A stretch of 63,766 bases of DNA, counting the filler, from Octopus bimaculoides (taxonomy: Eukaryota), in assembly GCF_001194135.2 (NCBI RefSeq). It is 7 parts of 5 records of this genome, joined end to end, with 100 filler letters (N's around TTAATTAATTAA, not from the genome) between each part and the next. Parts side by side here need not be neighbours in the genome. Positions count along the whole stretch, not along the records: positions 46,544 to 56,132 come from NC_068991.1; positions 56,233 to 59,448 come from NC_068986.1; positions 59,549 to 62,090 come from NC_068991.1; positions 62,191 to 63,766 come from NC_068983.1; 3 more parts are not named here. The stretch is one strand, 5' to 3'. Made by a program: the position numbers and the translations under genes. Positions 53,624 through 63,766 of the stretch are shown in pieces. Within the stretch, counting starts at the first letter, position 1, and the number at the start of each line of letters is the position of its first letter. The notes beneath the pieces were generated by a model that saw only the letters and a list, made by a program, of their open reading frames with translations, was not told the origin of the DNA and ran no database searches.

Positions 53624-55509
53624 CGTGCGTGTGAGCGTGCGTGCGTGCGTGCGTTTGTGTGATACAGTTCCTGTGTATGTGTGTTCAGCCACGGTGTTAC
53701 CATCGTGGTTGTTGTTATTGCAATCGTTGGCACTGTGTTAGATGTGTTGTTGACATCGTTATGGTGGTCCATGAAGTTTCATGTATGTGTGTGTGTTTGT
53801 GTGTGGGGGGTTCGCTTCGTATATATCCATGCCCTTTATGTAGTTTTATTTATTTATTTTTATCTATCTCTGTCTTACATTTATCACAAGGCAGATATAT
53901 TTATATATTTATTTATTCAGCTACTTATGTATTAATTTATTTACTTATTTTTTATACATCAATCTCTATTCCTCATAAGTATCACGGATAAGTGCATATA
54001 TGTCTATTGTGTGTGTATTACCCTGTATGTTTCTGTGTATTATTTACGGTTTTTTTCTTTTCCCTTTCCCTTTCTCTTCACATCCCTACTGTCTTTAGTC
54101 ATGTGGTGTGGTGGTGGGTGTTACTGTTCTATTCATGTTTTCTGTTGAGGCTCGGTCTGTCTACTATTATGTGTGTAGCGGCTGTAAGTGTCGAAATACA
54201 ACAATATCTGATTCAACACACGATTTCACATCAGAAATCTTGCAAAACGAATTGATAACCGTATATAATAATATAAATTATATATATATATATATNNNNN
54301 NNNNNNNNNNNNNNNNNNNNNNNNNNNNNNNNNNNNNNNNNNNNNNNNNNNNNNNNNNNNNNNNNNNNNNNNNNNNNNNNNNNNNNNNNNNNNNNNNNNN
54401 NNNNNNNNNNNNNNNNNNNNNNNNNNNNNNNNNNNNNNNNNNNNNNNNNNNNNNNNATGCATAACGGCCATAACTCCCATGAAAATTCATATATTTTTTA
54501 TGTTGATGAAATTTTAACCATGCATATTACGCACAAATAAAGTAATATTTCTAAAATTTCTTCTTCTTAGAAGTTACAAAGACCCCTTCTTGAGTACTTC
54601 ACACCCACAATTTAGTCATTTCTCCTAAGCAAAGACGAATACAGTTGTACTATTGGAAGCTATAGGGTCACCCAAACATAACAGATGAGCATTATTTATA
54701 ATTCAACAGTACAACAGTGTAAGACTATCCTTTCAGATATACTTACATTGTGATTTCTGCAATGTGGTGCATAGATTGTCAAGTAAATGAGACGCATCGT
54801 TGAGTAAAATTATTTCGTTACAGACCACCTTTGAGTCTTTTTATTATCACTGGGTCACACATAGTCCCCAGTTGGTAACATTGATTTCAATGCCTTCCCA
54901 GATGAGTGACTGGTTGTTCTAAGACATTTATTGATTGTAAATTTTTTTCTGCCTAGTTACCTATCGATATAGTGGTCATTTGCAAACTCCAGAGGCGGCA
55001 CTTTCATTTCCCTTTACTCCAAACGTCACACATTGTTGTTTCTATTGAGTCATGCCCTTCCAATTGCTATAGATCCGCAATGCATCTTACAGCTGTGCCT
55101 GTCACCTGTATGGTGAAGAATCCTACATTGGGGAGTAGTAATGGCTAGGCTATGGTAGCTGACTGATTATCGTGACCATTCGTCTTTCGGTTTCCTGTAG
55201 CTTTGCTCTCTTTTACAAACCCAGTGAACACACATATATTTCCTATTTCAAAGAAATTCAAACTATACATATAAGACCCAAGTTAAAAAAATTCTCAACA
55301 ATTCAACTTCTCTGGTTGACATTAACACACCCAGCCCCAATTGGGACCTTAACACCCACATTTTTCAGCTCCATGAGCTCCATTTTCCGGAGCAAAATCC
55401 TTTTTACAGGGTCCATAACACTGGAATTTTGGAATGTGCACATAAATATCAGTAGTATGGGATACATGTGTCATGATTAGAATTTCTTTAGGGTGTGTAA
55501 AGAAGGAAA

Positions 55510-55889
55510 GAACCGTCATATGCAATTTTGATGAAATTCGAATCATAGGGATAAAGACGATGATGTCACACGTTATCGAGGCTACCATTCTTTCTGGATG
55601 TGGAAAAGGTGATGACGTCTTTATTCCAAGAATTCCTCTTACTCCATCAGGAGCAGACATTCCTTTTACATTCAGAAGACTGCAATTCCCCCTTCGTGTG
55701 ACTTTTGCCTTGTCCATTAACAAATCTCAGGGTCAAATCCTCTCTGTGGCTGGTCTTCTCTTGGAAGAGCCCTGCTTCTCACATAGACAACTGTATATTG
55801 GCTGGTCAAGAGTGGGAAGCAAAACAAACCTATTTGCATATGCTCCACAAGGAAAAACAAGGAATATTGTTTACAACGAGGTGTTCTAA
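55510..55889 (+). mobile_element. Helitron helicase C-terminal fragment
   Basis: VFIPRIPLTPS...FRRLQFPLRVTFALSINKSQGQIL...CFSHRQLYIGWSRV...TRNIVYNEVF*. Confidence 0.9.
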
Positions 55890-56012
55890 TCACAACAGCA
55901 AGAAAGTATGTACATGATTACCTTTTTTTATCAAACTTCATCGACTTTCATGTATTTATATTGATATACATATATATATATGTGTGTGCGTTTGGGTGTG
56001 TGTGTGTGTGTA

Positions 56013-56132
56013 TCTATATATATATAAAGATGAGAATGTGTGTGTGTGTGAATCCCTAAAACTCGAGAACTACACAACCAATTTCATTCCAAATTTACAC
56101 ATGCCTTACTTAGGGTCCATGTAGTGTCTTAG
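56013..56132 (+). mobile_element. 5' end of a non-autonomous Helitron (DINE-1/Lep1-like architecture)
   Basis: A|TCTATATATATAAAG start followed by short (GT)n and AACTCGAGAACTACACAACCAATTTC; cut by a gap. Assignment from recalled architecture. Confidence 0.5.
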
Positions 56133-56329
56133 NNNNNNNNNNNNNNNNNNNNNNNNNNNNNNNNNNNNNNNNNNNNTTAATTAATTAANNNNNNNNNNNN
56201 NNNNNNNNNNNNNNNNNNNNNNNNNNNNNNNNTGTGAGTGGATTTGGTAGACGGAAACTGAAAGAATCCCGTTGTATAAGACTATCGGTAATCTTGTTAA
56301 CCCACAATTGTATATATATAATGAACGCT

Positions 56330-57420
56330 CTGGCAGTAGAGGTCTGCAAGTCTTAGACCAGTATGGACTCTCTGACAAATACAAGGTTTGGCGTGTGCAG
56401 TTCCTGTTGATCCAGAAGCTTCTCTCGCTTCTACTGATATGTGATATCGCACTGGTACAGTGGGGGCCAATGGAGGCCAAAGTTAACTAATACACAATGT
56501 GGGGAATTGGTTTCTCACCAGGTCTTACAAATGTTGCACTCAACTGTCACAAGACTAGCCTGAATCTACCTCAGACATTTATCGTTTAATGTGCAAAGTA
56601 GAAATGCAGTCCATGATTGATGCCTCGGAAAACAAAGTCAAAATGTTAAAGCGGCCCAGGCTGACGATAGGCAGAAAATGGAAAGTCCAAGATGCAGTAG
56701 ATGCAGGAATGGAACGCCTTGTGATAAAAAGAAATGGGACGCACTCAGACAAATAGGTAAGGATTAGACGTGACATAAAATGAATGGTAATCAGAGGATA
56801 GGGGAAAGATCAAGAGAGATATTTTTAATAAGAGTTGAAAAGAGAAGAGAAGGCCATAAGAATACTAAAGGCAGTACAGCAGAGCCAACGGGGCCAGTAG
56901 TATTCCAGAAGTATCTCTGGGAATTCCAGAAGTATTTCAGCTCAAATGATTTGTGGTATATGGGGCCGCTTAGAAAAACGTTTTACCCTCACGTCTGTCT
57001 ATGATCTCCTGCCTATGAATACGAATCAAGGGAAATGGGACAAACCACATAACCGTGAATGCTCAATCTGCCAGAGTAGAGAAACAGTAGAACATATTCT
57101 GAGCTCATGCTGAGTGGCACTACCCCAGGGAATATATACGTAGAGGCACATCCATAACATCAGAATCTTCAAAAACATTCTACACGTGAAGGGGAAGTAA
57201 ATCATGGCCAGAAACAGCTATGCCATACTGGATACGAGTGTGGAGAATTCTGGGTGGTGCGTATAGCAGAGAGGGCGTAACAGGAGACCCAGGATCAACA
57301 AACCTATCATAAGTTGTCAGGAAGAGTGGCTTGAGAGCGGGAATCTTTTGTGGCGGACGCCCCCAGGAAAGAGGTGGGCTGGTCCACTAATAAAAAGTGG
57401 ACTGACGCAGTCAGTCGGAG
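56330..57420 (+). mobile_element. RLE-type non-LTR (HERO/NeSL-like) 3' fragment
   Basis: GRKWKVQDAV, KAVQQSQRGQ, SVYDLLP and CSICQSRETVEHILSSC*VALPQG..RH. Two adjacent hairpins near 57385-57416 (CCACT/AGTGG, GACTGAC/GTCAGTC). Confidence 0.75.
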
Positions 57421-58264
57421 AAAGTACACCGTTCGTTCCAGTCCGTAGAGAAATCAAAATACGTCGTAATCATGGGACATATCAGTGGCGACGAGGATTC
57501 GGACAATATTGCCACTGATACAATAGTCGAGACGAAGGTTCGAGAATATCGCCAATGATACAACAGTGACGACGAGGCTTCGGAAAATAATGCCACTTCC
57601 ACATAGCAGTATCTTACTCCTTTCTTCATCAAAATAGCTGATTTTGATTCTACGCACCGTGGCGTTTAAGAATAGAAGAAAAGCACACTGTTTCAAGATT
57701 GATAACTACGACGGTTTCGACAACAATCTGAGAGAAATCAAATTCAGCATCAAGATTCTTGTCTTAGAGGATGAAGCCAGAGGTTTTAGTGGCAAATCTA
57801 CTTATGATACCCCAAAACATCTCTCTGTTTCTGGAAAAAACTGAACCAAAGCTCTCAAAATAGAACAGAATTAGTCCAGCAAGATGTGGTCAAGGAGGAA
57901 CAAAAATGATCTCCATACCGTTTGAGAGTAATAAATTGGAAACCAGAAGCAACAGAAAGAATTCCAGCTTGGCCTTGTCAAGAAAATCTCCGTACGGTTT
58001 AAATATACAAGTCACTGATATTCAAGTGACTAAAAGGTGTCAGCTGAAGGGCAGCTAAGAGCCTTGAACTGGATGCGGCCCGGCCTCCTTAGTATGTAAG
58101 GGTAAAGATCCTGTAAGAATTTCAGGGCCAGAAATTTGTCTGAGATGGTTGTTTCGTCAGTGAGGAATTTCTGCTGTTCAACTCTCCGAGAGAGAGAGAA
58201 AAGGACAGGTAGAGACAGAGAGAGTTCCTTACCATTGTTGTTGATAAACATTTTGTTTACAGGA

Positions 58265-58390
58265 TAATGATGATGGCGATTATATTGGTGATGGTATCGA
58301 CGCTAATATTCAACATAGCGTTAAACAAGAACACCATGATGATGATGGTGATGATGATGAGGAGGAGGAGGAGGAGGAGGAGGATGATAA

Positions 58391-58421
<31 letters not shown>

Positions 58422-58561
58422 AGTGGTGGTGGTGGTGGTGGTGATGATATTTGCGGGAGGAGTCGGAGTCGTGGGGTGGATGTGGGTGACGATAGTTATG
58501 ATGAAGGTGGCATTAACGGCGATGATAGCGATGATTATCATCGATATCAACGCGATAATAA

Positions 58562-58644
<83 letters not shown>

Positions 58645-58905
58645 TCTCTCTCTACATATCTACATGAGTGTGTGTAGATATGTGTACGCATATATATATA
58701 TGTGTGTATATATATACATATATAGATTTGTGTATCTACATGAGTGTGTGTACGTGTCAATATAAAGGGGGACGCAAATAACTATTGAGTGGTGGGTATT
58801 GAAGAAGGGGGCTGCAGCAGCAGCAGCGGCAGTTACAGCAGCAACAGCAGCAACTTCAGCAGCAACAATAACAGCAGTAGCAGCAGCAGCAGCAGCAGTA
58901 GCGTC
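58265..58905. repeat. Compound (GAT)/(GAG)/(GGT), (CT)n, (TA)n and (CAG)n simple repeats
   Basis: Direct reading. Confidence 0.9.
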
Positions 58906-59319
58906 AGCCTCTGTCAATTAACGTGTTGCAATAATTATCGGTTGGCATAACTATAATGAAGGCACCGTATCGCCGTTTTCATCCATTCATTGCTACATTC
59001 ATCCGAGAGATCAAAAGCTTCAAAAACGCCTCGTGGATATTACTGGTTGTTCTTGTAAATTTTATTTGTTTCCGTCGATGTTTTAGCGATGTTGCCATTG
59101 TTGTTGTTGTTTTTGTTTTCGTTTCTGTTATTATTGCTGTTTGTGTTATTGTTGTTGTTATCAAACTGTCTTTCATTCTCTATTGATTGCTATCATAGAG
59201 TTACGCTTCCTTTTCATCTTGTAGCGGCTCTTTTCATATATTCGTTGCTTTCCATTGTTTTGTCCTTCTCATTATTTGTTGTTGTATTATCAATGGTGCT
59301 GGCTCAGCACAATGTATAA

Positions 59320-59354
<35 letters not shown>

Positions 59355-59707
59355 CAAACACAGCCACACACATGCGAGCAGGTACATATACATACACAAA
59401 CACACACGCAAACGCTTATATATAGTAACGCTTATATATATATATATANNNNNNNNNNNNNNNNNNNNNNNNNNNNNNNNNNNNNNNNNNNNTTAATTAA
59501 TTAANNNNNNNNNNNNNNNNNNNNNNNNNNNNNNNNNNNNNNNNNNNNAAGTGAGAAAGTTGGTATGCGAAAGCACGTGGTTGGATGTATAAAAGACAAT
59601 AAGAGTGAAAAAACTACAGAAGGCTTGTGTTACATGGTTAAAGTATATATTTAAATTATGTCAGAAAAATGTTATAACATTTTTTGGGTATATAAACATT
59701 GTATTTG

Positions 59708-59746
59708 GAGAAATAACCGGTTTCGTGTTGTCTTTTCAAATTTCTC
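59708..59746 (-). ncRNA. Fossil hammerhead-like motif
   Basis: Minus strand: perfect 7-bp stem I GAGAAAU/AUUUCUC; core UUGAAAA (two transitions from CUGAAGA); 8-nt stem II remnant; GAAA; palindromic ACCGGU; N17=U. Confidence 0.35.
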
Positions 59747-59782
59747 TACTTCATTGTAACATATATTCTTTTATTCCTTCAT

Positions 59783-59840
59783 TCTTTTAGTTGTTTCAGT
59801 CATTTAATTGTGGCCATGCTGGAGCACCGCCTTTAATCGA
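59783..59840 (-). mobile_element. SINE family B 3' tail fragment
   Basis: TTTCAGTCATTT..GGCCATGCTGGAGCACCGCCTTT. Confidence 0.7.
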
Positions 59841-60404
59841 ACATACATACATACATACATACAGATCCAATGGATCACTGGAACTGTTACAGTCTATAAA
59901 ACTTCGCAGAATTTTATCGTTTAAATGTATATGAGCATGTCTAGATATACAACTATATGCATGAGAATACACACATAAAACAAAACAAAATTCTGCACAC
60001 ATACATACATACATACATACATACATACATACATGCATTCATGCATACATACAGAAATACCCTGTTGTTGATGTTGAAATTCCAATGAAGGACCTTAGAT
60101 CTAGGTTAGAAACCGATTCTTTCTCTATTGACAAGAAATCTTGAAATTAAACTGAATAATGACATACATACATACATACGTGTGTATGTGTACATATACA
60201 TATGTTTTGTATATATACATGCACACATACACACTCACAAACATGGAGACCCCCGCCTCCCAGAGATATATTAGAATAGACGAATACCTCTTTTAAACTG
60301 TATTTGTATAAATTACTGTCCGTTTATGGTTTTGATTTGGACGAGTCAGGTTTGCTAAGTTTTAAGCACATGCATATGAGCTTAACACATTTCTTGACCA
60401 CAAA

Positions 60405-60960
60405 GAAAGAGTAAAAACTCCCTTCGGTCATAAATGATCATGGGATAGCACCTAGACGGTTACCTTCCGAGGAACAAGTCTGGACAAGTTTCTTTATGGA
60501 AGACCGGCAGTTGCACAAGCCTCCCCTCTCCATGCCACCGATGTTGTCCAAGGAAAAGGCAAAAGCTGATACTGCTTGCCACCTGTGATGTCAGAACGAA
60601 CTTCTACGGATCAGTGAACTGGAGCAATGTGGATTAAAGTTAGGAGAGTATTGTAGTTCGCTTGAAGCATTGTGTATTGTTTGTAAAGAATAAAAAGTTT
60701 TGAATGGCACAACAATGCACATCCATCTTCAGAAAGGAATTTTATTCCGAAATATTATCAGACTATAGATGACTAAATTACAACAGGTACATAGCCCATT
60801 GCTTGTATTAAAGTGCATTGTTGTACCATTCAAAACTTTTTATTCTTTAGAAATATAGTGACTTTCTCAAGAACACAACACACAGCCCGGTCCGGGAATC
60901 GAACACGCTACTTCATGATTGTGAGCCCGATGTTCTAAACACTGAGCCATGCGCCTTTGC
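60405..60960 (-). mobile_element. SINE family C interrupted by an approximately 210-bp fold-back insert
   Basis: Head (GGTTCGATTCCC-like box) at 60860-60960; body resumes at 60640 and below. Confidence 0.6.
60684..60849. repeat. 37-bp inverted repeat pair (MITE-like)
   Basis: 60684-60720 versus 60813-60849, one mismatch in 37. Confidence 0.85.
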
Positions 60961-61178
60961 GCTGAATACACCTAGCGTATGTGACTAGAATATGTGTGCG
61001 TGTGTGCGTGTGTACATATGTGTGTGTATGTGTGTGTGTACGTATGTGCTTATGTGTGTGTGTGTGTGTGTGTACGTACGTGCTTATATATTCGTGTATG
61101 TTTCCGTATTTCTTAAATTTACATACACGCACATGCATGCACACTTATTCTCACACACACGCACGCACGTACACAGAG

Positions 61179-61233
<55 letters not shown>

Positions 61234-61410
61234 CGCGCACATACATGCATGTACATACATACACAGACACGTGTATCTCACTGCCTTACTCTCCTTGTCT
61301 CTCCGTCTGTATGTATACGCATGTATACATGGATATATTTGCGCATCCATCTATCTATCTATCCATGAGCCCTGTGTGGCTAATAGAAGAAATGTATCTA
61401 TCTATCTCTC

Positions 61411-61498
<88 letters not shown>

Positions 61499-61734
61499 TG
61501 TCTGTTTGTCTGTCTATGTATCTATCTATCTACGTGCATCTGTGTGCATATATAGCATGTAAAATATTTACACACATACGCACGCGCATACACACGCGCG
61601 CGCGCGCCCGCACAGAGATAAAGATACACACGTGTGTGCTGCCAGTGCATGGAGAAGGCGTATTGTCTGTCTGCCAACATGTAAAGGAATGTTTGCATGT
61701 ACGCATCCATGTGTCTATGCATGTGAGTCATAAA

Positions 61735-61815
<81 letters not shown>
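61735..61815. repeat. (TAC)n microsatellite
   Basis: Direct reading. Confidence 0.95.
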
Positions 61816-61817
<2 letters not shown>

Positions 61818-61904
61818 TCGTTTTTGAGCCCTTGGGGAAAGCATACTCTAAGTCTCAACTGACAGGACTTTCGTGGCTAAACCTGAGTAGTTTTCGTTGG
61901 CTCC

Positions 61905-61942
<38 letters not shown>

Positions 61943-62045
61943 GAGTGTGTGCATATGTGCGTGTGCGTATGCTGTGCATGTGTGTGTTGTGTGAGTATGC
62001 ATGCATGATCAAATGTATATGTGTATATATATATATATGTATATA

Positions 62046-62090
<45 letters not shown>

Positions 62091-63381
62091 NNNNNNNNNN
62101 NNNNNNNNNNNNNNNNNNNNNNNNNNNNNNNNNNTTAATTAATTAANNNNNNNNNNNNNNNNNNNNNNNNNNNNNNNNNNNNNNNNNNNNATATATATGC
62201 ATATATTTATATATATAAGTATATAGATTCAAAATTGAATGTGGTACTTATGTTTAGGCACCAGAATATAGTATGGTATTATCCAAAACAATTCCAAAAA
62301 CAAGGTGATCAAAAATCAAAAAAGCAACACAGATAGATAGATAGATAGATAGATAGAAGAATATATAGATAGATAGACATATACACATGCATTTAAACAC
62401 ATGTATGTGTATGTAAGTATGTATATATGTATGTATTTGAGTAATTCTTTGAATTCTCAGTGAATTCTATTTAAACATCAATATTTTTTTTTTCCTTTTT
62501 CCTCAACAGAAATTTCATAACACCTTCCTTCCTTCGGGAATAACGTATCAACCTACAATTTCTCTCTTTTCTTGATAAACCTTTGTTTAAGAGAAAACTT
62601 GTAACTATGTCGCAAGGAAGAATTTTTCCCCTCAGTTTGCTGCAAAAACCCTATTCTTCCTTATTGATTATCGATTAAAACTAATCTTTCACTTTACTAA
62701 GCTGCACTACTTTCATTGATTGGTAAGTCTTTATTGTGCATTAGCTCTTCCTTTGCTGCCCTTCTCTTAGATTCTATCTAATATTTCTCTTGTTTTTATT
62801 TTTTTTCCATACCCCTCACATCTGAATTAAGAAGATACTTCATTAAAAATGCAATCATCTTTTTGTTTAAAAGTTTCATTAATCTGCAGCTGTGCTTCGT
62901 TGAAACTTTTCTTTTCATTCTTTCTTACCATCGTTTTTCTCTTCTTTCTATTTTTATTTTATTTTATTTTTATTTTGCATATTTTTTTTTTCCTATTTTT
63001 GCTGTTGTTGTACAATTATGATTAGTTTTCTTTCATAGTTGGAGAATTTTCATTTAGACATGATTGTTTCTTCAGAAATTACCTTCAGCATTCTCTGCTA
63101 AGCCCGAATAATTTAACAGGTTAGATGATGGATTTTTATACTCTCCACTACACTTCCCTTTTACCTACAATGTTGTACATACCTTCCCATTGCTGCATAG
63201 TTTTAAGCTATTCATTATACTGCAGAAAGTCAAAGGATCTTTATTTATTTATTTATTCATTCATTTATTTATTTATTTTATCGAGCTAGCAGTCCTTCTT
63301 TTTCAGTGAGTAGGACTAGGTGAAGCAGCCAATTGCAAACAGAAAAGAAAATGATAATAATAATAATAATAATAATAATAA

Positions 63382-63766
63382 TTGGCCGTCACAGAACTAA
63401 CAACCACAGAAACAACAGGCAATATCACTGAGCTAAATGACATGATATATGCGGCAGCCACTGCAGCCACAAAAGAAGCAGGATACTCACTCAAACCCAT
63501 CCGAACAGGAGTTCTACCACCCAAACAGACCTTGTGGATAAATAACATCCAGAACAAAATTAAAAAAAAGAGAAAAGATTTATCGATTCTCAACGAAATT
63601 AGTAAACAATCAACACTACTAAGTAACAAGAAGAAAACAAAAATACTGTACAAATACAGCATTACAGAAAAAGACTTACCTGAGGCAAAAGAAAAACTAA
63701 AGCAAGACATCCTTGCCAAAGCACAGAGGATCCGCCGGTATGAGAAACGCCAACGTTTCTTTGAAC
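63382..63766 (+). mobile_element. R4/Dong-clade ORF N-terminal region, open to window end
   Basis: 128 stop-free codons: ..ITELNDMIYAAATAA...W..NIQNKIKKKRKDLS.L...LKQDILAKAQRIRRYEKRQRF. Starts immediately after (TAA)n. Confidence 0.75.

Noticed and set aside
54660-55500. Non-repetitive segment upstream of the Helitron helicase fragment
   Set aside because: No open frame or motif I could assign on either strand; not called as an exon or as Helitron Rep.
57483-57596. CRISPR-like palindromic repeats
   Set aside because: The units are directly adjacent with no spacers and are diverged; eukaryotic context with no cas genes.
63050-63082. CUGAAGA overlapping GAAACA-AUCA-UGUC on the minus strand
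   Set aside because: Core and GAAA overlap, so stem II is absent; not a foldable hammerhead.

Overview
AT-rich, microsatellite-dense animal genomic DNA with many assembly gaps. The SINE families look like those of octopus/cephalopods; this is recalled family knowledge and cannot be verified here. The only host coding sequence I can support is one 51-nt + strand exon (40168-40218; ..EGAQTWSDWWGYEGIS(G)) resembling the N-terminus of carbonic anhydrase-related proteins (CA10/CARP), so most of the window is probably intronic or flanking DNA. The rest is decayed transposable elements: a near full-length L1/Tx1-clade LINE, RTE, CR1-like, HERO/NeSL-like and two R4/Dong LINE fragments, a Gypsy pol, four mariners, Chapaev, hAT, Helitron pieces and about 20 tRNA-derived SINE copies of three families. 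Almost all long ORFs in the supplied track are microsatellite or N-gap artefacts. The most unusual signal is a set of seven type-I hammerhead-ribozyme-like folds, read by eye. The best is at 22274-22362 on the minus strand, with a complete canonical core. Several lie in short units bounded by (TA)n, suggesting Penelope-like pLTR or retrozyme-type elements. All structures and homologies were assigned manually; no searches were run.
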